The translations under genes and the position numbers were made by a program. Positions 29,872 through 39,175 of a stretch of DNA of 64,000 nt are shown here, in pieces. This stretch comes from an uncultured Bacteroidales bacterium. GTDB lineage: Bacteria > Bacteroidota > Bacteroidia > Bacteroidales > UBA7960. Under the pieces are notes generated by a model, which worked only from the letters and a program-made list of their open reading frames with translations, did not search any database and was not told the origin of the DNA. Position 1 is the stretch's first letter. Each line of letters opens with the position of its first letter. The stretch lies in the NCBI GenBank assembly GCA_964477035.1, contig CAYZCW010000003.1, positions 189,231 to 253,230 of the forward strand, written 5' to 3'.

Positions 29872-31542
29872 TTACCTGCGGGCAAGGATGGTCTGGTAAC
29901 GCGCATTCTCGGCAAACAGCCGGAGGGCCTCCTCCACTTCGGGATCGGACGTCAGGGCGGCCTTTACGCGGCCCTTCTGGAAGTAATAGCGTGTGGCAAT
30001 CTCTTCTTTGAGGATCTGGCTGATCTCGGGACGGTAAGTGGCCAGGTCGGCATCCTTGTCATGCAACAGGCTTTGGTGCAGCTGTTGGAATTCCTTCTCG
30101 ATCGACTCGAAATACTGCTCCTGCCGGGCTGCTTCCTTCAGACGTTCCAGCCTTCGCTCGCTCTCGGTGGTGTATTCGAATCCCCTGCGGTCGAGGAAGG
30201 CCACGAAGTCGGCATAGATCTCATCGGTGATCTCAAACGCCTCCGGGGGAGGAATGGAAGGGTGCTTGCGGTGAAAGTAGTTGGCATAGTCGAAAATCTG
30301 GAACTGGGTCAGCAGGGCGATGGTCACCTGCCCGATCTGCCGGGGCGCCACCTGCACATCCGGTTCGATGCCCCCGCCATCATAAACGGTCCGGCCGTTG
30401 CGTGTCGTAAACGGCATTTTAAGGGAATCCGGGATCATGGCCACGCTGCCGTCCTCATTCCGCTGGGCATAGTCGATGGCCTGGATGCACCGCCCGCTGG
30501 GAATGTAGTATTTGGCGATGGTCACCTTCAGCTGGGTGTTGTAAGACAGGGGCACCACATTCTGCACCAGGCCTTTGCCGAAAGTACGCTCTCCGAGCAC
30601 GACACCCCTGTCCAGGTCCTGGATCGCCCCGGCCACGATCTCTGCGGCCGATGCGCTGCGCCGGTCGACCAGCACCACGAGGGGGATGTCCGGTACGAAG
30701 GGGTCATTCAGGGTCTGGTGGGTGGCGTTGCGGTCGGCAAGCCTTCCTTTGGTGCTGACGACCAGCTCGTTCTTGTCCACGAACAGGTTGGTGATATTGA
30801 CCGCCTCGTTGAGCAGGCCACCCCCGTTGCCCCTCAGGTCAAGGATCACTTGCTCCGTGGCATGGCTTTCCTTCAGCTTCCTGATCGCTTCCCGCACCTC
30901 GCGTCCTGCATGCTGGGTAAAGCCGGTCAGCTTGATGTAGGCGGTCTTCTCATCCACCATGCCGGCGTAGGGAATGTTGTCGATGGTGACCACCTGCCGC
31001 TGAAACTCCTTCCTGAGGGGCGCCTGCTCTCCCTCGCGTTCCACCAGAAGGGACACGGTGGTGCCAGGCTGTCCCTGCAACAGGTTGCGCACCTGCTCCT
31101 CATCCAGCCCATTGGTATCTTGTCCGTTGACCTCCAGGATCTTGTCGCCTGCCAGCAGGCCAGCCTTGTGGGCCGGAAAGTTTTCATAGGGCTCGCTGAT
31201 ATACACATGCTCCCCCCTTCGGTGGATCAGGGCCCCGATCCCGCCATACTGCCCGGTGGTCATAAACCGCACATCCTCGATCTGCGACTCGGGGATGAAG
31301 TTGGTATAGGGATCCAGTGAATACAGCATCTCATCAATGCCTGTCTGGATCAGCTCTGCCGGATTCACATCATCCACATAGTTTATCACCAGCTCCCGGA
31401 ACAGGGAAGAAAAAATATCCAGGTGACGGGCAATTTCAAAGTTTCGGCTCGTGGAGCTGCTGAGTGTGATGGCCAGGGAGGCCATGACGAGAACCAGCAG
31501 GACCATTTTGAGGGATTTCGGGATTCGTCGGATCGTGTTCAT
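29872..31542 (-). CDS. S41 carboxy-terminal processing protease with PDZ domain
   Basis: LDPYT, GGIGA, DLRGNGGGLL, SASAAEIVAG, TFGKGLVQ and YYIPSGRCIQ. Confidence 0.93.
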   Translation of the reverse strand: MNTIRRIPKSLKMVLLVLVMASLAITLSSSTSRNFEIARHLDIFSSLFRELVINYVDDVNPAELIQTGIDEMLYSLDPYTNFIPESQIEDVRFMTTGQYGGIGALIHRRGEHVYISEPYENFPAHKAGLLAGDKILEVNGQDTNGLDEEQVRNLLQGQPGTTVSLLVEREGEQAPLRKEFQRQVVTIDNIPYAGMVDEKTAYIKLTGFTQHAGREVREAIRKLKESHATEQVILDLRGNGGGLLNEAVNITNLFVDKNELVVSTKGRLADRNATHQTLNDPFVPDIPLVVLVDRRSASAAEIVAGAIQDLDRGVVLGERTFGKGLVQNVVPLSYNTQLKVTIAKYYIPSGRCIQAIDYAQRNEDGSVAMIPDSLKMPFTTRNGRTVYDGGGIEPDVQVAPRQIGQVTIALLTQFQIFDYANYFHRKHPSIPPPEAFEITDEIYADFVAFLDRRGFEYTTESERRLERLKEAARQEQYFESIEKEFQQLHQSLLHDKDADLATYRPEISQILKEEIATRYYFQKGRVKAALTSDPEVEEALRLFAENARYQTILARR

Positions 31543-31638
31543 GCTTTTTGATTATTAACACATCTTATGATTGGGTTTCCGGGAAAAAGGCGGTGGTGTA
31601 CACCCCAATGCCCCGGCAGGCTTCAGCCTGTTGCCGGT

Positions 31639-31881
31639 TCAGGGAACGGGGTCGTATCCGCTCCCGCCCCAGGGGTTGCAGGAAGCAAACCGCTTCAGCG
31701 TCAGCCACCCGCCCCTGAAGGGGCCGTGTTTACGAATGGCCTCCAGGCCATATTGTGAGCAGGTCGGGCTATACCGGCAGGAAGGGGGCAGGTAAGGAGA
31801 AATCGCCCCCTGGTAAAACCGGATCAGCCCGATCATCAGCAGGGCCAGAGCCCGCTTCAGAATATCAACCACCTTTTTCAT
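31639..31881 (-). CDS. yidD: Membrane protein insertion efficiency factor
   Basis: [21 protein letters not shown] and [13 protein letters not shown]; ATG at 31881. Confidence 0.92.
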   Translation of the reverse strand: MKKVVDILKRALALLMIGLIRFYQGAISPYLPPSCRYSPTCSQYGLEAIRKHGPFRGGWLTLKRFASCNPWGGSGYDPVP

Positions 31882-32377
31882 CCCGTTCGGGTTTTGGTCC
31901 CCCGGTGGCCGTTTCTCCGGCCGCAACCGTTCCGCCGGAGACGCCCCCGGGAGGGGACTGGGTGAGCCGTTGCAGCGAGCGAATGATCCCCTTCTCGACC
32001 TCCTGGCCGGGCAACACCTCCCTGGCGGCATAGACAAAGGCAATCAGGCAAATTTCATGCCTTCCATTCAAAAACGAATAAAAACCGGATTTGTTTTTCC
32101 GGTAGGCCTCTTTCACCAGGCGCTTCACACGGTTTCTGTCGACCGCCCTCCGGAGCTTCCGGGCCGGAACCGACACCATCATGCGGGCAGGGGATGGGAA
32201 ACGGGCGGAGCCAGGCAGAGGGAGGCGGCGGGAGGCCGGGATGACCTCAGGATCATTACGGTGGGCAAGCAGGAAAACCACCCGGAAAGGGTGGGAAAAA
32301 AAAGCCGACCCCTTCCTGAAAAGCAATTGCTGCAAGCGGTAATTGCCCAGGCGTTCACTTTTCGAAAAGGATTGCAT
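31865..32377 (-). CDS. rnpA: Ribonuclease P protein component
   Basis: FSKSERL and [17 protein letters not shown] (RNR motif); it also has an insertion and a C-terminal tail. Confidence 0.88.
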   Translation of the reverse strand: MQSFSKSERLGNYRLQQLLFRKGSAFFSHPFRVVFLLAHRNDPEVIPASRRLPLPGSARFPSPARMMVSVPARKLRRAVDRNRVKRLVKEAYRKNKSGFYSFLNGRHEICLIAFVYAAREVLPGQEVEKGIIRSLQRLTQSPPGGVSGGTVAAGETATGGPKPERDEKGG

Positions 32378-32408
32378 GGCAGAGCCTGTATTTTAAAGGA
32401 GGGAAGGG

Positions 32409-33158
32409 TTATTTCCTTCCCAGCTTCTGGAGGAACTCCTGGATGGCCATCGTCATGGAGGGGGCTGTCTGGGTCGGCGCCGGGATTTGCACGGCCAGCC
32501 CGGCTTTTTTGGCAGCCTTGGCCGTGGCGTCCCCAAAGGTGGCCAGCAGCTTTTCGCCCTGTACGAAATCAGGAAAATTCGTCCTGAGGGATTCAATACC
32601 GAACGGGCTGAAGAACACGAACAGGTCGAAACCGTTTATATCGAGATCCGACAGGTCTGCGGGCACGGTCCGGTAAATGGGGGCCGCGTGAAAGTGAACC
32701 TTGTTCTGTTTAAGCAGCTGGGGGATGTCCTTCTTATGGTTCTCCCCGCAAGGGAACAGGAACTTCTCGTCCTTTTGCTTTTTGATCACATCGAGCAGGT
32801 CGATGAAATGGTTCTTTCCGAAAAATATTTTCCGCTTGCGGTACTGCACGTATTTTTGAAGGTACAGGGCGATGGCTTCCGAGGTGCAGAAATATTTGGT
32901 CTGGTCCGAAACCTGGGCCCGCAGCTCTTCGCAAAGGCTGAAAAAATGGTCTACCGCATGCTTGGAGGTAAAAATGATGGCCGTGAACTCGGGGATCTGG
33001 ATGCGGTTCTTGCGAAATTCCTTGGCACCGATGCTTTCAATGAGAAAAAACTTCCGGTAAGTAATGTCCAGGCCAAATTGCCTGACAAGGTCAGCATAAG
33101 GCGACTTCTCGCTGTTCTCCGGGGGCGGTTGTGAGATGAGTACGCGTTTTACTTTCAA
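32409..33158 (-). CDS. hemD: Uroporphyrinogen-III synthase-like protein (Bacteroidetes type)
   Basis: MKVKRVLISQP, IIFTS, YLQKYVQYRKRKIFFG and FFSPFGI; conserved position before rnpA. Confidence 0.85.
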   Translation of the reverse strand: MKVKRVLISQPPPENSEKSPYADLVRQFGLDITYRKFFLIESIGAKEFRKNRIQIPEFTAIIFTSKHAVDHFFSLCEELRAQVSDQTKYFCTSEAIALYLQKYVQYRKRKIFFGKNHFIDLLDVIKKQKDEKFLFPCGENHKKDIPQLLKQNKVHFHAAPIYRTVPADLSDLDINGFDLFVFFSPFGIESLRTNFPDFVQGEKLLATFGDATAKAAKKAGLAVQIPAPTQTAPSMTMAIQEFLQKLGRK

Positions 33159-33209
33159 GGTCCTTCTCCTTTATTTGTTTTGGTTGGGTGGTTGCCGGCC
33201 TCCTTCTTT

Positions 33210-33986
33210 TCAGCCCTGTAAGATATACTTATCCGCCGCTTTGAGCATCACAAGCAAGGGGGCCAGTTCGATGCTGCAAAGGTACAAAATTAAATAATAT
33301 CCGGACAGGCCCGAAATGCGGTGGCCCAGCAGCGCACCCCGCGCCACCTTGATCAATCCGGCCACGGCGAACAGCATCCATGCGGTCAACAAACCCGTTT
33401 TCGTCGGATGGTACACCAGCACAGAGACGACAGGCAGCAAAACCAAACCCTTCAACTGGTTGAACAGGAAGAGGTTCTTCAGGTATCCCTGGGTGGCCTT
33501 GCGGGTATTGAAGACCCAGGAAAGGAAACCCAGAAACAGGCTTTTCAATAAAAAAAACAGGGTGGCCCCCAGCAACAGGAGCAAATACAACACAGGGGGC
33601 GGGATCAGGTCTTCAGCAGGGACCCATCCAAAAAGCTGCATGGTGACCCAAAGCATCAGGGAGAACACCAGGAGGTAATTCAAAAACATCAGGTAGGTGA
33701 CCGTTTCATTGAACAAGCCTCCCTCCCGTTCCATCTGATTGAAATAATGAACCGCAAAAGACGCCTTGAAGAACTGAGCCACCCGTTCCGCAAAGAAATA
33801 ACGCGACAGGCCGATGCACAAACCTGCGATCAGGATCACGACAAGAATCCAGCCGGCGGCCATCCCGTCCTGATGAAGCAACCCATCATGAACAGACACC
33901 AGCAGGTGGGGGGAGCCGTAAAATGCCTCGCTGCCCGCAACAAGTGTATCCTGCAGGTGCAGCAGGGAGTCTTCCGCCCATATCAT
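33210..33986 (-). CDS. DUF4271 membrane protein
   Basis: Multi-TM protein with C-terminal YLILYLCSIELAP; ATG at 33986 follows a minus-strand TAACTTTG element at 34010-34017. Confidence 0.78.
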   Translation of the reverse strand: MIWAEDSLLHLQDTLVAGSEAFYGSPHLLVSVHDGLLHQDGMAAGWILVVILIAGLCIGLSRYFFAERVAQFFKASFAVHYFNQMEREGGLFNETVTYLMFLNYLLVFSLMLWVTMQLFGWVPAEDLIPPPVLYLLLLLGATLFFLLKSLFLGFLSWVFNTRKATQGYLKNLFLFNQLKGLVLLPVVSVLVYHPTKTGLLTAWMLFAVAGLIKVARGALLGHRISGLSGYYLILYLCSIELAPLLVMLKAADKYILQG

Positions 33987-34075
33987 TCCTGTCAAGGCTT
34001 TCTTTTTCGCAAAGTTAAGGGATTTTCCAAAGGCCCGTACAGCCCAGGGACAAGGCACAGGGATAAGGCAGTAAA

Positions 34076-34093
34076 TTGTTAATAAGTTAACAG
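34076..34093. promoter_or_regulatory. Rex-like palindrome between divergent promoters
   Basis: TTGTTAA-TAAG-TTAACAG. Confidence 0.45.
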
Positions 34094-34141
34094 TTGTTGA
34101 ATGAAAACCGGACTTGAGTCAAAAAAAAATAACAATTTCAT

Positions 34142-34172
34142 TTTGCCTGAAGGCAAATTAAAGGTAATTTTG
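34142..34172 (+). promoter_or_regulatory. Full Bacteroidetes promoter for pta-ackA
   Basis: TTTG (34142-34145), a 19-nt spacer and TAATTTTG (34165-34172). Confidence 0.7.
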
Positions 34173-34218
34173 CTGGCCTTTGACATTCAACACTTTTCTA
34201 ATCCATCCCAGATAAAAA

Positions 34219-35220
34219 ATGCAGCTGATCGAATCCATTAAATCCAAAGCACGCAAAGAAAACAAAACCATCGTCCTGCCTGAGGGTATGGAAGAGCGCA
34301 CCCTGAGGGCGGCCGACATCCTCCTGAATGAAGGCATTGCCGGCATCATCCTGCTGGGCCCCCCCGGAGAAATCAAAGACCTGGCAGCCCGTTACGGGCT
34401 GAAATCGATCGGCAAGGCCAGGATCATCGACCCGGTGAACCATGACCGCAAGGAATTTTACGCGCAAATGCTCCATGACCTCCGCAAAAACAAGGGGATG
34501 ACCCTGGAAGAGGCCGGAAAACTCGTGGAAGACCCGCTTTACCTGGCCACCCTGCTGATCAAGAACGGGGATGCAGACGGGGAGGTGGCCGGCGCTGCCA
34601 ATTCCACGGGCAATGTGTTGCGCCCCGCCTTCCAGATTGTCAAAACCCTGCCCGGTATCAGCGTCGTTTCCGGGGCCTTCCTCATGATCCTGGAAGACAA
34701 GAAATGGGGCGAGGACGGCATCCTGGTCTTTGCCGACTGTGCCGTACACCCGGATCCCGATGCCCGGCAACTGGCCGAAATTGCCGTCATGACCGGACGC
34801 ACCACCCGGGCCATTGTCGGAGCCGAGCCACGCATTGCCATGCTCAGCTTCTCCACCAAGGGCAGCGCCAGCCATCCCATGTGCGACAAGGTCATCGAAG
34901 CCACCCGCCTGGCCAGGGAAATGGATCCCTCGCTGATGATCGACGGGGAACTGCAGGCAGACGCCGCCATCGTGGAAAACATCGGAAAAAGCAAGGCCCC
35001 CGGCAGCCCCATTGCCGGGAAAGCCAATGTGCTGGTATTCCCCTCCCTGGAAGTCGGAAACATTGCCTACAAACTGGTACAGCGTCTTGCCGGCGCCGAG
35101 GCCGTGGGCCCGGTCCTGCAGGGTATGGCGGCGCCCATCAACGACCTGTCGCGGGGTTGTTCAGTCGACGACATTGTCAACCTGGTGGCCATCACTGTCA
35201 ACCAGGCAGCAGGCAAATAA
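34219..35220 (+). CDS. pta: Phosphate acetyltransferase
   Basis: [39 protein letters not shown] and NDLSRGC. Confidence 0.96.
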   Translation: MQLIESIKSKARKENKTIVLPEGMEERTLRAADILLNEGIAGIILLGPPGEIKDLAARYGLKSIGKARIIDPVNHDRKEFYAQMLHDLRKNKGMTLEEAGKLVEDPLYLATLLIKNGDADGEVAGAANSTGNVLRPAFQIVKTLPGISVVSGAFLMILEDKKWGEDGILVFADCAVHPDPDARQLAEIAVMTGRTTRAIVGAEPRIAMLSFSTKGSASHPMCDKVIEATRLAREMDPSLMIDGELQADAAIVENIGKSKAPGSPIAGKANVLVFPSLEVGNIAYKLVQRLAGAEAVGPVLQGMAAPINDLSRGCSVDDIVNLVAITVNQAAGK

Positions 35221-35263
35221 GGCAACATCCATCCATTCATTCATCATAACACCCATAGGAATA

Positions 35264-36490
35264 ATGAAGATTCTTGTATTGAACTGCGGAAGTTCTTCCA
35301 TCAAGTACCAGCTGATCAATATGGCCAACAATGCCGAGCTGCTGGCCAAGGGACTGCTGGAGAGGGTCGGGCTCAAGGACAGCGAGCTCAAACACCAGCC
35401 CAAAGGGAAGGAACCCTTCATGCTCATCCAGGACGTGGCCGACCATGAGCTGGGTATTGATCTGATCCTTAAAGCATTACTAGACCCGAAGCATGGGGTG
35501 GTTGATAGCGTGAACGACATTTTTGCCGTCGGTCACCGCGTCGCCCATGGGGGTGAGAACTTCAGCGCCAGCGCCCTGATCACCGCAGAAGTCAAAAAGA
35601 ACATCGAAGAGGTGATTGAGCTGGCTCCCCTGCACAACCCGGCCAACCTCAAGGGCATTGTGTCCATGGAAAAGCTCCTTCCCAGCGTGCCCCAGGTGGC
35701 CGTATTCGACACCGCATTTCACCAGACCATCCCCCCCCAGGCCTATATGTACGGGCTTCCCTATTCCCTGTACGAAGAAGACAAAATCCGCCGGTATGGT
35801 TTCCACGGCACGAGCCACAAATACGTCTTCGAAAAGGCCTGTGACGCGTTATTCATGCGTCAAAACAACGTCCGGGCCATTACCTGCCACCTGGGCAACG
35901 GGGCCTCCATTGCGGCCATCAAGAACGGGAAGTCGGTAGATACTTCCATGGGACTGACTCCGGTGGAAGGATTGATCATGGGGACCCGCAGCGGAGACCT
36001 CGACCTGGGGGCCCTGCTGTACATCATGAAGAAAAAAGGCCTGGACGTGGAGGATGCCAACAACCTGATCAACAAGAAAAGCGGCATGCTGGGGGTCAGC
36101 GGGGTCTCATCCGATATGCGCGACATCGAAAACGCCGCATGGAACGAAGGCAACAAGCGCGCGCAACTGGCCCTCGACATGTACATGTACCGGATCAAGA
36201 AATACATCGGAGCCTATGCTGCCGCCATGGGCGGGGTGGACCTGATCATCTTCACCGGGGGCGTGGGGGAAAATGGCCCGGAAACCAGGGAGGTCATCTG
36301 CAAGGGCCTGGAGTTCCTGGGTGTCAGCTTCGATGCCGAAAAGAACACGGGGCTGAGGGGCAAGCTGGAACTCATTTCCAAACACGACTCCCAGGTGAAG
36401 GTCATGGTGGTGCCCACCAACGAGGAACTGGTCATCGCCCACGACACCCTGAAGATCGTATCCGGCCTGACAAAAAACGAAGAAATCTAG
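35264..36490 (+). CDS. ackA: Acetate kinase
   Basis: MKILVLNCGSSSIKYQL, GHRVAHGG, APLHNP, YGFHGTSH, FTGGVGEN and PTNEEL; ATG at 35264. Confidence 0.96.
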   Translation: MKILVLNCGSSSIKYQLINMANNAELLAKGLLERVGLKDSELKHQPKGKEPFMLIQDVADHELGIDLILKALLDPKHGVVDSVNDIFAVGHRVAHGGENFSASALITAEVKKNIEEVIELAPLHNPANLKGIVSMEKLLPSVPQVAVFDTAFHQTIPPQAYMYGLPYSLYEEDKIRRYGFHGTSHKYVFEKACDALFMRQNNVRAITCHLGNGASIAAIKNGKSVDTSMGLTPVEGLIMGTRSGDLDLGALLYIMKKKGLDVEDANNLINKKSGMLGVSGVSSDMRDIENAAWNEGNKRAQLALDMYMYRIKKYIGAYAAAMGGVDLIIFTGGVGENGPETREVICKGLEFLGVSFDAEKNTGLRGKLELISKHDSQVKVMVVPTNEELVIAHDTLKIVSGLTKNEEI

Positions 36491-36494
36491 ACAG

Positions 36495-36534
36495 GCCATT
36501 CTCCGGTGCCGGGTTGCCGGCACCGGAGAATGGC
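36495..36534. terminator. 18-bp perfect hairpin between convergent ackA and DHOD-like genes
   Basis: gccattctccggtgccgg-gttg-ccggcaccggagaatggc, with no U-tract. Confidence 0.6.
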
Positions 36535-36576
36535 ACCCATCCTGAAGGTTTTCCTGCAAAAGGCAGCCGGCACGAC

Positions 36577-37596
36577 CTATACCTGCGGGTATTTCTTCAT
36601 GAGCTCGAAGGGCTTCATCAGCAGGTCCACATACTGGGCACGCTGGTAAGCATAGGGGTCTTTGGCACTTGCGCGTGAGAGCATTCCGCGAAAGTCCCCG
36701 ATGGAAGCAAACCCGTGGGCATCCATCCACTGGGTGATCTCCTCAAGCATCTCACCAATGTAAGGCACCTTGTTCTTATAAACTGTACTGACCACCTGAA
36801 CAGCATCTGCTCCGGCGAGCAACATGCGTACCACATCCTTTCCGGTAAATATGCCTGTGTTGCTGATGATGCTTCCCTTCACCTGACCAAACAGCAGCCC
36901 GGCATAGCGCAGGGGCAGGCGATAATCACCCGGCTGGCTGAGGTTGAACGGGAAATAGTGTTCGGGTTTCTCCACGTCGATGTCTGGCTGAAACAAGCGG
37001 TTGAACAACACATACCCATCAACTCCTGCTTTGTCCATCTCATGGACCAGGTGAAGCGGGTTGGAATAGAACGGGCTGATTTTCACGCTGACAGGAACTT
37101 TAACCTGCGCCCTGACCTCCCTGAGGATGGCCAGCTGCTCCTCCTCGATCTGGGCGGAGGAAGCCCCGGCCGCCACCGGGGTGGCATAAAAGTTCAGCTC
37201 CAGCGCATCCACACCGGTTTTTTCCATTTCCACGGCATACTCCGCCCAGGTGTCTCCATTCACACAATTCAGGCTGCCGATCACAGGGATGCCAACGGCC
37301 TTTTTGAGCTTGGCGAGTTTGTCCAGGTGTTCCTCCGGGCCGGCATGCTGCAGGTTGGGGAACAAATTGATCATCTCTGCATTGCGCTCTGCATATTCAG
37401 TAAGCTCCTCCTCCATCTGCAGGCTCTCCAGGTTGATCTGCTCCTCGAACAGGGACTTGAACACGATGGCCGACGCACCGGCATCCTCTATCCGCCGGGC
37501 GGTGTCCAGGTCGAGCGTCAGGTTGCACGCCCCCATAACCACCGGGTTCTTCAGCTCCAAACCAAGATACTTCGTTTTTAAATGTGCCATTTCCAT
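36577..37596 (-). CDS. Dihydroorotate dehydrogenase-like FMN protein (non-canonical)
   Basis: YLGLELKNPVV, KSLFEEQI, PVSVKISP, LFNR and AGADAVQVVS; the NxSCPN catalytic loop is absent. Confidence 0.85.
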   Translation of the reverse strand: MEMAHLKTKYLGLELKNPVVMGACNLTLDLDTARRIEDAGASAIVFKSLFEEQINLESLQMEEELTEYAERNAEMINLFPNLQHAGPEEHLDKLAKLKKAVGIPVIGSLNCVNGDTWAEYAVEMEKTGVDALELNFYATPVAAGASSAQIEEEQLAILREVRAQVKVPVSVKISPFYSNPLHLVHEMDKAGVDGYVLFNRLFQPDIDVEKPEHYFPFNLSQPGDYRLPLRYAGLLFGQVKGSIISNTGIFTGKDVVRMLLAGADAVQVVSTVYKNKVPYIGEMLEEITQWMDAHGFASIGDFRGMLSRASAKDPYAYQRAQYVDLLMKPFELMKKYPQV

Positions 37597-37751
37597 CCTC
37601 CAATATTTGTTTATACAGGTAAAAATAAAGAAATTATTTTCCGTTACGGCCCGGTAGATGATAAAAACGGAAAAATTAAGCCCGCACGGTGTTATTCCTA
37701 TCTATATTAATCAATTCATGGGCAGGATTGTTTAACCCGGCCTGAAAAAAG

Positions 37752-37783
37752 GCATGGGCGTGCCAGGCATGGCACGCCCATGC
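37752..37783. repeat. REP-like 14-bp inverted repeat
   Basis: gcatgggcgtgcca-ggca-tggcacgcccatgc in the divergent intergenic region. Confidence 0.55.
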
Positions 37784-37836
37784 AGGCCGCCGGCCGCGTT
37801 CCTTGTGAAAACCCCGGCATTTTTGTATTTTTGAGA

Positions 37837-38925
37837 ATGGTCCGATATACCCGCCGGCATGTCCTCCGCAGTCTCTGCTGCCTGCCTGCCCTGGCCCTGT
37901 CGGGGGGGATTTTGGGTGCGTTCGGAATGGCTTCCGGCCATAAAAACAGGCACATGAACACACCGCATGACAGCGGGGGCCCGGCCAGCACACAGGTGAG
38001 CGGCTCCTATGAACCGCCCTACCTTGCCCTGCACCGCAAGGGGGAGCTCGCCGCGCGCGGGCAAATTCTTCACGACATGATGCGGCATTGCACCCTTTGT
38101 CCGAGGGAATGCGGTACCGATCGCCTGTCGGGGCGGCGCGGAGAGTGCAAGGCCAATGCCACCCTGGAAGTATCCTCCTTCCATGCCCATTTCGGTGAGG
38201 AAAGGGAGCTGGTGGGAGCCAACGGCTCAGGGACCATCTTCTTTACCAACTGCTCCCTGCTCTGCGTTTTCTGCATCAACTACGACGTCAGCCACCTCGG
38301 GCGCGGAAGCCGCTCCGGCATCAGGGCCCTGGCGGATATGATGCTGCGGTTGCAGGACCAGGGTTGTCACAACATCAACCTGGTGACCCCCACCCATTAC
38401 GCCCCCCATATTCTGCTGGCCATCGACCGGGCAGCCGGCAGGGGCCTTCGGCTGCCCATCGTTTACAACACCTGCGGCTGGGAAAAGACGGACATCCTGG
38501 AACTGCTGGACGGGGTTGTCGACGTCTATCTCGCGGACTTCAAATACGGGGAAAGCGGGGCGGGAGACAAATACTCGGCCGGGGCGGGAAATTATACGGA
38601 GCTTACCCGCCGGGCCCTTAAAGAAATGCACCGGCAGGTCGGAACAGCCCATCCCGACCCGGAGACGGGTCTCGTGCACCGGGGATTGATGATCCGCCAC
38701 CTGGTCATGCCGGAAAATGTGGCACGGACCGACCTGGTGGTGCGCTGGATCGCGGACAGGCTGCCCCGGGATACTTACCTGAACATCCTGTCGCAGTACA
38801 CCCCCATGTACAAGGCCTTTGATTATCCGGAAATATCCCGCAGGATCAGCCGGAGCGAATACAGCAACGCCGTGCATTTTGCCCGCACCGCCGGCCTCAC
38901 AAACCTGAGGCTGCAGATGCAGTAA
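37837..38925 (+). CDS. PflX-family radical SAM protein with an N-terminal Tat-like extension
   Basis: CTLCPREC, GSGTIFF, CSLLCVFC (CxxxCxxC), INLVTPTHY, DFKYG and GLMIRHLVMP; leader begins MVRYTRRHVLRSL. Confidence 0.85.
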   Translation: MVRYTRRHVLRSLCCLPALALSGGILGAFGMASGHKNRHMNTPHDSGGPASTQVSGSYEPPYLALHRKGELAARGQILHDMMRHCTLCPRECGTDRLSGRRGECKANATLEVSSFHAHFGEERELVGANGSGTIFFTNCSLLCVFCINYDVSHLGRGSRSGIRALADMMLRLQDQGCHNINLVTPTHYAPHILLAIDRAAGRGLRLPIVYNTCGWEKTDILELLDGVVDVYLADFKYGESGAGDKYSAGAGNYTELTRRALKEMHRQVGTAHPDPETGLVHRGLMIRHLVMPENVARTDLVVRWIADRLPRDTYLNILSQYTPMYKAFDYPEISRRISRSEYSNAVHFARTAGLTNLRLQMQ

Positions 38926-38955
38926 CCAACCGGTTTGTCCATGCCGGAAGCAAAC

Positions 38956-38983
38956 AAAAAAAGGGGCCTGAAGGCCCCTTTTT
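38956..38983. terminator. Bidirectional terminator
   Basis: aaaaaggggcc-tgaa-ggccccttttt. Confidence 0.85.
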
Positions 38984-39175
38984 AAGGTATTTCTGTGGCA
39001 AAAGAACAGGAAACGGTACGGTAGAGAGCGCTTCCCGCAGCATTTACCACCAAAACAAAAACAACATTAACCAATAAAACAACGAAAGATCTGCAAAACG
39101 CTGACAGCTAATCTTGTCTCAAACAGTAGCCCAATATACGAATTGTTTCGCATAAAAACAAGCCGGGGCCTAAAA

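Noticed and set aside
32409-33158. Isolated hemD without other hem genes
   Set aside because: The DUF4271-hemD-rnpA-yidD-S41 arrangement is a common conserved Bacteroidota block.
35228-35247. CATC/CATT tetramer run between pta and ackA
   Set aside because: It is short, degenerate and intergenic, with no plausible phase-variation effect.
35012-35263. N-terminal extension of ackA in the ORF track
   Set aside because: It overlaps pta; the canonical MKILVLNCGSSS start is at 35264.
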